From NCBI RefSeq assembly GCF_963921235.1, contig NC_086108.1, forward strand, positions 66,404,001 through 66,468,000: DNA of 64,000 nucleotides. Reading direction: 5' to 3'. Of this stretch, positions 51,585-63,526 are shown piece by piece (the stretch's first letter is position 1; the number at the start of each line of letters is the position of its first letter). The position numbers and the translations under genes were made by a program. The notes below the pieces were generated by a model. That model saw only the letters and a program-made list of their open reading frames with translations. It did not search any database and was not told the DNA's origin. The DNA comes from Mobula hypostoma. Lineage: Eukaryota.

Positions 51585-51990
51585 GAAATTATACTGCGTC
51601 ACACAGCTATGAGGAAGGATTTTTAGACTCCTATAGTTTGCACTGTTAGCTTTGACATACAAAGCCCAGGATTACTTTGCTTTGCCTTGTTCTGTCACCT
51701 TCAAAGAGTTTTCATATTTGTTTAGACACTACAGGAATTCCAAAATTGTTTTAAGTGCAAATGACCAGCAGTTAATATTGACCTTCAATGTGCCTCATTG
51801 TATCTTTCCTCAGTGGGCCCTGGAACAGCCACCATGTCCCTAGCTACTCCTCTTGAACTAGAGCTGAGATGCATGAACAATGAAATATAAAATTATCCAG
51901 GCAATCGTCAGTGTATCTTGAATTCACCAGCAGAAACTGTCCTTACCATTGGATAGAGCCTGCATGGTTGAGAATGAGAGTCGTGCATTG
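51585..51990. repeat. Copy 1 of a ~400-bp local direct duplication
   Basis: Aligns with 53326-53715 (e.g. tttttagactcct.tagtttgcactgttagctttgac and ttgttctgtcaccttcaaagagttttcatatttg); 20-bp indel. Confidence 0.92.
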
Positions 51991-52024
51991 TATACAATGT
52001 GGGACTTCATGTCACATGGCTGCA

Positions 52025-53323
52025 GATTCAGATTTATTATCACAGACACATGCCATGAAATATGTTGTTTTGTGGCAGTAGTGCAGTACAATACATAAAT
52101 GATTATGAGAAGTTACAGTGAGAAGTATAAAAGAGTAGTGTGAAAAAGAGAGCAAAAAGTGAGTTGGAGTTCATGTGTTCATGGTCCACTGAGCAATCTA
52201 ATGGTGGAGGGGAAGAAACTGTTCTTATAATGTTGCGTGTGTGTTTTCAGGCTCCTATAGCTCCTCCCTGATTGTAGCAATGAGATAATGAGGATCCTTG
52301 ATGATGGATGCTGTTTTTCTGAGGCATCACCTAATGAAGATGTCCTTGAAGGTGAAGAGGCTTGTGCCTATGGTGGGCCTGGCTGAGTTTACAACCCTCT
52401 GCAGCTTTTTCTGATCCAGTATATTTGTGCCTCCATACCAGACTGTGATGCAACCAAAGTTTAAAGTTCAAAGTACATTTATTATCAAAATGTGTATCCT
52501 ATACACCACCTTGAGATTCGCCTCCTTATAGGCAGTCACAAAATAAAGAAACCCAATAGAACCCATTTTTTAAAACCGTGTAACTGCCAATGTGCAGAAA
52601 AGAACCAATTGTGCAAACAATAAAAGTAAATAAACAACATTCAGAACTGAAATTCACGAAAGCGAGTTCTCAGCCACAAAGCCAGTCATCACTGCAGCCA
52701 ATCCAGGAGCCTGACGGTTACAGGCCACAACCTAACTTCAGCGCAAAGGTGAATAAACCTTACGGAGCAGCGAGCTGAACAGCGGGCCGTCCCTCGCCTC
52801 TAGCCCTGATGCCTTGATCTTTTCAATCTGGCCCGGTGCTTTAATCAGCCAAACAATAGGTCAATCCTCACTCTCAGACCTAGGCTCTGCCGCTTTGAGA
52901 TGCTCTCAGGACCAGGACCTGCCACCTGGCCCATACTCAGCTTTTTTAATTTGGCCCAGTGCTTAAAGTGTTCAAACCTCCACTTGTTCCTTGCTTTCAG
53001 GCATGGGCCCTGCCGTCTCAACTCTGCCTCACCTCAGTTCTGCCGCTTTGAATTGAACTAGTCACAATGCTCTCCATGGTACATCTAAAGAAATTTGCAA
53101 AGATGACAGACCAAATCTCCTCAAACTTCTAATCAAATGTATCAGCTGCTGTGACTCAGCCAATCTATCTCATGCCTTCACATCACCATCTGAGTTTCTG
53201 CCAAATATAGTTGTGACATCAGCAAATTTATGGACGGTGTTGGATTTGTGTCCATAGTCATGAGTGTAGAGAGGGTAGAGCAGTGGGTTTAGCACATATC
53301 CTTGAGGTGCGCCTGTGTTGATT
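52025..53323 (-). mobile_element. Rex1/Babar fragment with a nested non-autonomous element (52455-53060)
   Basis: Reverse of NTGAPQG..L.PLL, KFADV and ITVWYG; tail ataataaatctgaatctg at 52025. Confidence 0.8.
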
Positions 53324-53325
53324 GA

Positions 53326-53715
53326 GAATTATACCATGTCATGTAGCTATGAGGGAGTATTTTTAGACTCCTGTAGTTTGCACTGTTAGCTTTGACCTGC
53401 AAAGCCTTGTTCTGTCACCTTCAAAGAGTTTTCATATTTGCTTAAACACTACAGGAATTCCAAAATAGTTTTAAGTTCAAATGACCTCCAGTTAATATTG
53501 TCTTTGAATGTGTCTCATTGTATCATTCCTCAGTGGGGCATGCATAAATGTCTCCCACTGGCCGCCAGGCCCCTTGCTGCTGCTCTTGAACTGGAGCTGA
53601 AATACAGGATTGACTGAGATATAATTCAGGCATTTGACAGTTAATCTTAAATTCTTAAAAAGCTTTCCTTATCATTGGAAACAGCCTATATGATTGAGAA
53701 TAACAGTCATTATAT
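53326..53715. repeat. Copy 2 of the ~400-bp duplication
   Basis: See 51585-51990. Confidence 0.92.
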
Positions 53716-53812
53716 TTCATATAGAGTTATCCTATTGATAGCTGAATTTGTATTTCCCATGGGTGCAATAAAGAGCAACTCCAGGGTTTCCAGTGATGAA
53801 GTACATCCAATA

Positions 53813-53934
53813 AACAACACACATCAAAGTTGCTGGTGAACGCAGCAGGCCAAGCAGCATCTATAGGAAGAGGCGCAGTCGATGTTTCAGGCCGAGACCC
53901 TTCGTCAGGACTAACCCTTCGTCAGTACTAAAAA
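53813..53934 (-). mobile_element. 122-bp PLE/hammerhead mini-insertion with 14-bp TSD
   Basis: TSD aagtacatccaata at 53799-53812 and 53935-53948; hammerhead motif at 53877-53912. Confidence 0.88.
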
Positions 53935-55224
53935 AAGTACATCCAATATCCTTCTCAGCAACTTGTCTAGGAGGACTACAAAGCTGTAAAATTGAGCAGA
54001 CTGAGCAAAGTGCATTGGTAACTTGCCTTAAATTGAAAAGTGTATGGAGCAAATGAGCTAATCTGGCAAAAGTACCTTGTATTCCCGTGAGCTTGTCAAA
54101 GTTGACAGTTGTGGGTGTTTTCTCTCATATTTTCAGGGCTATTTGCACTTTGCTATGCCCTGAGGTTATGGAAATATCAATAGAATTGTAAGTCTTTCTG
54201 TCATTCTTTTGGAGCTCCGTCAATGGCTGTCTTTCAGTGATGAAGCTTTGAAGGTTCTTTGTTGCTGCAGCTAGAACTGCAGCTGAACTCCAGGGGAAAG
54301 TCATAGAAATTGTGCCATGTCTACACATCTTGGTAGATAGATTTTGCTGGGCTGCTCTAACTTTCCTCTGGTGTTGCCCTTGGAACTGTCTACCACTGTA
54401 GCATATAAATCTAGTGAAGCAGGTCCAGACCCTTAATTGCTGCCCGTATGATAACCCTTACACTCCCAAGATCATTTTCATGAACCTCCTCTGAACCCTC
54501 TCCAATGACATCCTTTCTTAAATAAGAGGCGCAAAACTGTTCACAATATTCCAAGTGAGGACTCTTATAAAGCCTCAGCATTACATCCTTGCTTTTAAAT
54601 TCTAGTCCTCTTAAAATGAATGCTAACATTGCATTCGCCTTCCTCACCATCGATTCAACCTGCAAACTAAACTTTAGGGAATCCTGCACAAGGACTCACA
54701 AATCCCTTTGCACCTTGGATTTTTGAATTCTCCCTGTTTAGAAAACAGTCTTTGCTTTTATTTCTTCTACCAAAGTACATTCCCAACACGGTATTCCATT
54801 TGCCACTTCTTTACCCATTCTCCTAATTTGTCCAAGTCCTTCTGCAGCCTCCTAGCTTCCTCAACACTACCCTCCCCTCCATCTATCTTTGTATCACCTG
54901 TAAACTTGGCCACGAAGCCATCAATTTCATCATCCACATCACTGACATGCAATGCAAAAAGAAGCAGTCTCAACGCAGATCTGTGTGGAAAACCATTAGT
55001 AGCCAGCAGCCAATCTGAAAATTATCCCTTTATTCCCACTCTTTGCCTTCTGCTAGTCAGCCAAGGCTCTATCCATGCTAATATATTTTCCTGTAAACAG
55101 CATCCTGTGTGGCACCTTGTCAAAGGACTTCTGAAGATCCAAGAACACAACATCTACCAATTTTCTTTTGTCTATCCTGCTTGTTATCTCTTCAAAGAAT
55201 TCCAACAGATTTGTCAGGCATGAA

Positions 55225-56298
55225 CTAAAGAAAATCTGCAGATGCTGGAAGTCCGAGCAACACACACGAAATGCTGGTGGAACTGAGCAGGCCAAGCAGC
55301 ATTTAGGAAAAGAACACAGTCAACATTTCGGGCTGAAACCCTTCAGCAGGACTGGAGAAAAAATTGAGGAGTGGATTTAAAAGGTGGCGGGAGGGGAGAG
55401 AGAAACAGCAGGTGGTAGGTGAAACCTGAAAGGGGAGGGATGAAGGAACGAGCTGGGAAGTTGATTGGTGAAAGAGACAGAAGGCCATGTAAGAAAGAAA
55501 AGGGGGAGGAGCAACAGAGGGAGGTGACAGGCGGGGAAGGAAATAAAGTGAGAGAGGGGAAAGGGGATGGGAAATGGTGAAGAATGGGGGTAAGGGGCAT
55601 TACTGGAAGTTTGAGAAAGCAGTGTTCACACCATCAGATTGGAGGCTACCCAATTGAAATATAAGGTGTTGTTCCTCCAACCTAAGTGTGGCCTAATCAC
55701 GACAGTGGAGAGACAATATTGAAATGGGAATGGGAAGTGGAATTAAAATGGGTAGCCACCGGGAGATCCTGCTCTTTCTGATGGACCATAGGTGCTCAGT
55801 GAAGCGGTCTCCCAACCTATGTCAGGTCTCACTGATGCAAAGGAGGCCACACTGGGAGCACCAAACACGGTATATAACCCCAACAGACTCACAAGTGAAG
55901 TGTTTCCTCACCTGGAAGGGCTGTTTAGGGCCCTGAATGGTAATGAGGGAGGAGGTGTAGGGGCAGGTGTAATACTTGTTCAGTTTGCAAGGAAGGATAA
56001 GTGCCAGGAGGGAGATCAATGGGACAAGGGAGTCACATAGGGAGAGATCACTGCGGAAAGCAGAAAGAGAAGGGAGGAGGGAAGGTGTGCTTGGGGGTGG
56101 GATCCCATTGGAGTGGTGGAAGTTTCGGAGAATTATGTGCTGGACACGGAGGCTGGACATCCTTCCCCCTGCAGGTTGCACCTATCACCTTGTGCTTCTC
56201 TCTCCCCTCACCCCCACCTTTTAAATCTACTCCTCAGCTTATTTCTCTAGTCCTGCCGAAGGGCTTTGGCCCAAAACATCAACTGTACTTTTTTCCTG
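55225..56298 (-). mobile_element. PLE 3' portion with GIY-YIG remnant and inverted segment (~56160-56298)
   Basis: IQGPKQPFQVRKHFTCESVGVIYRVWCSQCGLLCISET, a decayed GIY-YIG; degenerate hammerheads at ~55317-55353 (-) and ~56249-56285 (+). Confidence 0.88.
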
Positions 56299-56596
56299 CA
56301 TTTGTCTGCAAGAGTTTCCCTTAACAAAACCATGCTGACTTTGGCCTATTTTATCATGTGCCTCAAAGTATCCCAAAGCCACATCCTTAACAATTGATTC
56401 CAACATCTTCCCAACTACTGAATTTGGGCTAACTGGCCTATAATTTCCTTTCCTCTGATTCCCTGTCTTCTTGAAGTGTGGAGTTACATTTGCAATTTTC
56501 CAGTCCCCTGAAATCCCTGAAACCATGCCAGAACCTAGTGACTCTTCAAAGATTATTACTAATGCCTCCACAATCTATTCAGCCACCTCTTTCAGA

Positions 56597-56825
56597 GAAA
56601 GAAAGAGAAGAGAAATTGCCTTTAAACTCACGAGAGAGCATAGGCCATCAACTTTTTGCTGTTGATATTTCTGTAGCCAGAAATTTCTTTTTTATATGGT
56701 CAAGTTGCTAGCTCGATGCTGAACCCAGCACGGATGGAAAGCGTGCACGGGAGCCGGCTGGATTCGAACTCGGGACCTTCCGCCCCAAAATCCAGCGCTG
56801 ATGCCACTACACCACCAGCCGGCTA
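56597..56825 (-). mobile_element. Young tRNA-derived SINE with 12-bp TSD
   Basis: A box TGGTGTAGTGG and B box GAGTTCGAATCC on the minus strand, pyrimidine tail, TSD acctctttcaga at 56585-56596 and 56826-56837. Confidence 0.9.
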
Positions 56826-59800
56826 ACCTCTTTCAGAACCCTGAGGCATAGTCCATCAGGTCCATGTGACTTATATACCTTCAGACCTTTCAGTTTTCCA
56901 AGCACCTTCTCCTTAGTAATAGCAACTACACACCCTTCTGTCTCCTGACACTCTCAAACTTCTAGCACACTACTAGTGTTTTTCACAGTGAATACTAATG
57001 CAAAATACTCATTCAGTTCATTTGCCATTTCCTTGTCCCCCATTACGACCTCTCCAGTGGTCCAATATCTACTCTTGCCTCTATTTTACTCTTTATATAT
57101 CTGAAAAAAACTTTTGATACCATTTTTGATATTATTGGCTAGCTTGCCTTCATATTTCATTTTTTCTATCCTTATGGTAGCTTGCTTTTTAAAAGTTTCC
57201 AAATCCTCTAATTTCTCACTAATTTTTGCTCTATTGTATGCCTACATATTTGTTTTTATGTTGGCTTTGACTTCTCGTGCCAGCCATGATTGCATCATCC
57301 TGTCTTTAGAACACTTCCTCTTCTTTAGGATGTATTTATCCTGCATCTTCTGAATTGCCCCTAGAAACTCCAGCCACTGCTGCTCTGTCATCATCCCTGC
57401 TAGTGTCCCCTTCCAATCAACTTTGGCCAGCTTTCTGCCATTCCCTTTACCCCACTGTAGTACTGAAACTTCTGAGTTTAGCTTCTCCCTCAGAGATTGC
57501 AGGGTAAATTCTATTATATTATGATCGTTGTTTCCTAAAGGTTCCTTCAACTTAAACTCCTTAATCATATCCAGTTCATACACAACACCCAATCCAGAAT
57601 TGTTGATCCCTAGTGGGATCAACCACAAGCTGCTCCAAAAAAGCCATCTCGGAGGCATTCTACAAATTCTCTCTCTTGGGATCCAGCACCTACTTGATTT
57701 TCCCAATCTATCTGTATATTGAATCCCCCAAGACTAACATAACACTTTCTTTTTGACAAGCTTTTCCTATCTCCCACTGTAATTTCTGGACCACATCCTG
57801 GCTACTGTTTCGAGGCCTGTAGATGATTCCTATTAAGGTCTCCTTACCCTTGCAGTTTCTTAACTCTACCCACAAGGATTCTACATCTTCGATCCTGTGT
57901 CACCTCTTTCTAAAGATTTGATTTTATTTTTTACTAGCAGAGCCACCCCATGTCCTCTGCCTACTTGCCTGTCCTTTCAATAGATTGTGTATCCTTGGAT
58001 ATTAAGCTCCCAATTACATCGTCTTTCAGCCATAACTCCATGATACTCACAACATCATACCTACCAATCTCTAACTGCGCTACAAGATCATCAATTTTAT
58101 TTCATATACTGCATGCATTCAAAATATAACACCTTTTGTACTTTATTGTCACCCTTTTCAATTTTGTCCATCTTTTAAACAGCAATCCATCCCACTGACT
58201 GCAATTTTGCCCTATCATCTGCCTATCCTTCCTGCCAGTCTCACTATACAGTACTTCAGCTTGTAAATCAATATTCCTATCCTCACCCCTATCACTCTGG
58301 TTCCCATCCCTCTGCCAGATTAATTTAAACACTTCTCTATCACATTTAAAACAACAAAACTCGGGAAGCCTGACCAGCCCGTCCTATCCCTCATGCAACC
58401 AGGTCTCTGTAATGGCAACAACACTGTAGTTTCATATACTGATCCAGGCTTTAAGTTCATCCATCTAACCATAATGCTCCTGGCATTGAAATATACACAT
58501 TTCAACCCATCAGTCCCACTGAGCTTGTTAGCCTGTCCCTGGCTGTCCTTCCTTTCAGTCTTACTTGTCATGCCATCTTTCTTGCCTTCATCTGTATCCC
58601 CTGTTGCCGTGCTGTTGTGGTTCCCATCCCACTGCTTCTCCAGTTTAAATCCTCGAGTCGCTCTAACAAACATCCCAACGAGCATATTGATTCCCCTCCA
58701 GTTCAGATGCAAACCATCCTGTGTCTACAGGTCCCACCTGCCCTGGAAGAAAACCCAGTGATTCACAGATCTGAAGCTTTCTTTCCTTGGCCACAATGTA
58801 CCCATTTCTTACCTCACTGACACATGACACAGATAGCAATTCTGAGATTACAACCCCGGAAGTCCTGCTTTTTAAACATTCAACCTGGCTCCCCAGGACC
58901 TCACCCCAACAATGACTATGCCATTAGTACCTACAAGGATAGCTACTCACCATCCCCTCCCAAAATGTTCTGCATCTACTGTGAAACACCCTTGACCTTG
59001 GCACGGTGAGGGGCAGGCACACACACAATCCTGGAGTTTCAAATGCAACCACAAAATGACTGCTTGCGCGCTTTCTATTGAGTCCCCTGACTGATTTCAT
59101 ACTTCCTTTCATTGCCTCAGAGCCAGGCACTGTTGCACTAACCTAGCCACTGTTGCTGGACTCTCAAAGGCCATCCATCCCAATAGTATCCAAATGGGAT
59201 ACAGCTATTACTGATGGGAACCTTCCACTGCCTGTTTACTGCCCTGACTTCTCCTGGTGTGACCACCTTACTAAAACTCTCTTCTCGGCATGTTGATGAT
59301 ACTAATACATCCATCTGCGCCTCTAATTCCATGACCTGTTCTGTCAGGAGCTGCAGATGGGTGCACTTCTCACAGAACTATTGATATGAGGTTCCCTGAT
59401 GTCCCACATCTTTCAGGAGAAGCATTCTAGTGCCCTGACTGCTATTTTGTCTACACTAAGTCAGAGGACACAGTGCAACAGAAAAACTTAAAGCTTACTA
59501 ACTACTTTTATTGGTTGAGTTGCCACAGACACTTAGTGAATGAGAAAAAACTACCAATATAAAAAAAACCTCCTGGTTCCTGCCCTCTGCTGCTCTGACT
59601 GGTGCAAGTGGAAGACCTGGAAAAATTTCTCTCTTCCACATAAAATGGGAGCCTTCAAACATTGACCATAAGTTCCCGCGAGCACTACCCAATGCAACAA
59701 ATTTGAATATAATTTTGTGAGCCCCCCCAACAGCAACTTACTTCAAAGTGTCAGTCCAGTCCTCTTTGGTGAAAGTTTTCTACACAGAGATATCATCTCA

Positions 59801-60404
59801 TGGAAGGTCACGACAAGCCCTACCCTTGAATCTACTGAACAGAACTTCCACAGCCAACTGAACCATGTCCATGACATTGCTGAATGTTAAACCTAGCATT
59901 CAGTTTTGCAAGTTTTTTTTAATGTTTTGAAGTACTGTAGACTATTAAAATAACACAATAATAACATAACATCATTTTTTTAAATCTTGTAAAAATTTGA
60001 ACCTAAACTAAAATGCTTAAAAATAATGAGCTCAATTAAATCAAACAAAAATACATGTTTTTGGCTCTCGGAATTCTTAGCCATTGCTTCCCATTCAAAT
60101 GAGTGGAGATGTTCTGTTTAACTGGGGGAGATATCTGTAGTGGATTCCACAGTACAAATGCTGAAGAACTGCTTTCATTTTCAGTTCTACTAATGGACTC
60201 CCTAGGGAGTCATTAAGAGCGAACAGCTGGACAATGGTAATCAAAGAGTGTCATTTGTACTCTCATATCTGGGAATCCTACACTTACCTGGGGAAATGCC
60301 AACTATTCCCAAGGGGACTATTTACTTGAATTGTTTATGTTTTCCCTGCAAATTCTAGGTCATTCTTCATCTTGCTCTTCTGCAGCATGCATCAAATGGC
60401 TAAA

Positions 60405-61478
60405 TATGCTCTATTCACTTTACACTTATGATTGTGAGACTTGGTACAGCTCCAATGCCCATATTTAAGCTTGCCTATATCACCACTGTTGTTGGCTGAA
60501 TCAAAGGAGGTGACAAATCAGCAGATAGGAGGGAGATTGAAAATCTGGCTGAGTGACACCACAACAACAACCTCTCACTCGATGTCAGCAAAACCAAAGA
60601 CCTGGTTATCGACTACAAGAGGTGGAAACCAGATATCAATGAGTCAGTCCTCATCAGGGAATCAGAGGTGGTGTGTAACTTTAAATGCCTCTGTGTTATC
60701 ATTGCAGCGATCTGCCCTGGGTCTAGCACATAAGTGATATTACAAAAAAGGCATGACAGCACCTCTGCTTTCTCAGTTTGTAAAAACTTGACATGTCATC
60801 TAAAACTTTGACAAACTTCTATAGATGGATGATGGAGAATATACTGATTGGTTGCATCATGCCCTGGTATGGAAACACCAATGCTCTTGAATAGAAATGC
60901 CTACAAAAAGTAGCAGAGCCAAGTCCGTCACAGATAAAGCCCTCCCCCCCCCCCCATCACTGAGCACATCTAACTGGAGTGCTATCACAGGAAAACAGCA
61001 ACTATCTTCAAAGACCCCCACGAGCTAGGCCATGCCCACTTCTTGCTGTTGCTATCAGGAAGAACATAGAGAAGCCTTAAGCACCAATTTCAGAAACAGT
61101 TCTTACCCCTCAGACATCAAGCTCCTGAACCACTGTGGATACCTTCACTCACCCTAACACTGAAATGATTCCACAACATATGGACACTCTTTCAGGGACT
61201 CGGCAGCTCATTTCCTGAATGTTAGTTAGTTAGTTAGTTAGTTAGTTGGTTATTTATTTATTTGTTTATTTATTTATTTATTTATTTATTTTTCTTTTTT
61301 ATGTATTTGCATAATTTGTTGTCTTTTGCATGTTGCTTGTTTTTCTGTCTTTGTGTGCCGTTTTTCATTTATTCTATTGTGTTTTATTTGTATTTGTTGT
61401 GAATGCCAGTGGGTAAATTAATCTTTTGGTGATAAATATTTGTGCTTCCATAATAAATCTTGTACTTTGAAATTTGAA
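60405..61478 (+). mobile_element. Degraded Rex1/Babar 3' portion
   Basis: Collinear with 26290-27310 (e.g. atgtcatctaaaactttgacaaac). Confidence 0.82.
61221..61289. repeat. Compound microsatellite (GTTA)n-(TTTA)n in the Rex1 3' UTR
   Basis: Directly visible. Confidence 0.95.
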
Positions 61479-62377
61479 GATGATTCAAAACTAAGTATAA
61501 TTAATAAGCTGCAATAAGCATTAGAATAGACAAAAAGATAGTGGCTTCAAGGCAAACATTCCTGCATTGGAAATATTTCAAAAAAATTAATTAGATTTCT
61601 AAAGGTATGGCAGATGATGGTCCAAAGTTTCTGCAAAGTTCCAAGCTACTCACTAATCACTCACCTGCTGATCATGAGTAGACCTCTTAACATGAACTTC
61701 GGCAAAGAGGCCAGCTCTGACCTGAGCAGCACATAGTCTTGTGATCGTATATACCATCAACCTACTTCAGCAGTCGGTCATCTCATACCCCTGGGATGAA
61801 ACTGCTATTGAACCAGCCAAAGACGTCAATGTATGTAAATCTACAAATAGGTAAAACTATTGCAGAACTGTTTAATACACAGTTTTAAAATATACAATTA
61901 TTTAAAACACAGCATTTCAAATACTTAAAATTAATTATTGTTAACATCACACAATGAAGTATAAAAATACCAACTGGTGAAGCTCAGTTTTCTCCCTTGA
62001 AGTTGAAACAGTTTATTAGTGTTGTTTATTGTTGCTATGTCTGTCAGAACACAGGTTGCATGGTACATTCTTCATGGAAAATACTGAGAAATTTGGGTAA
62101 AGCATTCTCCACCAGAGCTCAGTGTTGCAGTATAGTTGAGATGTTTGTCACTTGAGCTTATACATACTGGCACTGAAATCCTGAGCTTAAATATAGTTAA
62201 GAACTTTAACATCTGAATGTTCTGAACAAATCTGCCAGTTATTTACTGGAGATTACAGGTTATAAGGAAATAGTATATTTGTACATTTTATTATTTCAAA
62301 ACAAACAAGGTGTTCATCCTTTATTCTTGAGATCAGGACCAATATAAAGTTTGCTTATAAGCTGCACTATATATTGT

Positions 62378-62910
62378 ACACTAAGTGGACACTTTATTAG
62401 CTAAGTCCTGTACATAATAAAGTAGCCACTTAGTGTATGTTCATGATCTTTTGCTGCTGTAGCCCATCTTTCTTCAATATTCGATGTGTTTTCAGAGATG
62501 CTTTTCTGCACACCACTGTTGTAACATGTGGTTATTTGAGTTACTGTTGCCTTCCTGTGAGCTTGCATCAATCTGGTCATTCTCCTCTGACTTCTCTCAT
62601 TAACAAGGTGTTTTTGCCCACAGAACTGCCACTCATTAGATGTTTTCTGTTCCTCGCACCATACTCTGTAAACTCTGGAGACTGTTTTATGTGAAATTTC
62701 CAGGAGATCATCAGATTTAAAGATATTTAAACAATCTTGCACCAACAACCAGTCCAGGGTCAAAGTCACTTAGGTCACATTTCTTCCCCATTCTAATGTT
62801 TGATCTGAACAACTGTTATGCATTGAGTTGCTGCCACATGATTGGCAGATTTGATGCTTGCATTAATGAGCAAGTATAAAGGTGCACCTAATAAAGTAGC
62901 CTCTGGGTCT
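62378..62910 (-). mobile_element. Non-autonomous Tc1-like element
   Basis: TIR-like cactaagtggacactttattag / ctaataaagtagcc and HTH remnant ISHKTVSRVYRVWC..RKATVTQITT. Confidence 0.82.
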
Positions 62911-63186
62911 AAGTTGCACAGTACAGAAGTGAAATGCAGCAAGAAATGACAAATTCAGGAACTTGGAAATAAAAACAAACAATGAAGAAATTACTTTGCA
63001 GGTTAGGTGACGATTTTGGAGAAAGAGGAAGGTTAACATGTAAAGATAAAGACCTTTCATTAGAAGTAGGAAAACTTGTAAGTTGTGAGGAAATTGGTGA
63101 GAACAAAGGGAATGCCTGTCATAATGTAGAGTACAGGACTGACTGACAAAGGTGAATTTAGTGCCTGCTTTGGGAGGGTGTGTAAT

Positions 63187-63334
63187 ACTCACAACACGCT
63201 GGAGGAACTCAGCAGGTTTCGGGCCAAAACGTTGACTGTTCGTTTCCACGGATGCTGCCCAACCTGCTGGGTTCCTCCAGCGTGTTGTGAGTGTTGCTTT
63301 GACCCCAGCATCTGCAGAATATTTTGTGTTGAAT
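63187..63334. mobile_element. Fold-back PLE mini-insertion with 9-bp TSD
   Basis: 32-bp arms 63187-63218 and 63261-63292 (one mismatch); TSD gtgtgtaat at 63178-63186 and 63335-63343. Confidence 0.85.
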
Positions 63335-63526
63335 GTGTGTAATTACATCTGATCTATCTGGAAGTGTAGAAAGATAGGAAGATGACTGTGAATAGAGAAG
63401 AAAGAAGGTTAAAAGACAGTAATGTTGGAATTATGAGAAAAGGAGCACACCAGTTGCTAGAAATCTGAAGCAAATAAGAACGTGGAAATACCCATAAGAG
63501 TCACAAATATAGAGGACAATCAATGT

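Larger units (their letters stand above)
54425..59480 (-). mobile_element. Long degraded CR1 (possibly two fused copies) with nested PLE and SINE
   Basis: RT remnants (HLEYCEQF, NYRPVS, SQHGFVKG), APE (EPLGNNDHNIIEF), two ORF2-start-like motifs (LNACSI ~58105; YFNARSI ~58480) and ORF1-like sequence to ~59480. Confidence 0.85.

Noticed and set aside
56750..56825. tRNA gene
   Set aside because: The tRNA-like part continues into a body and tail bounded by a TSD, so it is a SINE head.
60280..60300. U1 snRNA-like start (acttacctgg)
   Set aside because: Similarity ends after about 10 nt; it is simply the reverse of a splice-donor consensus.
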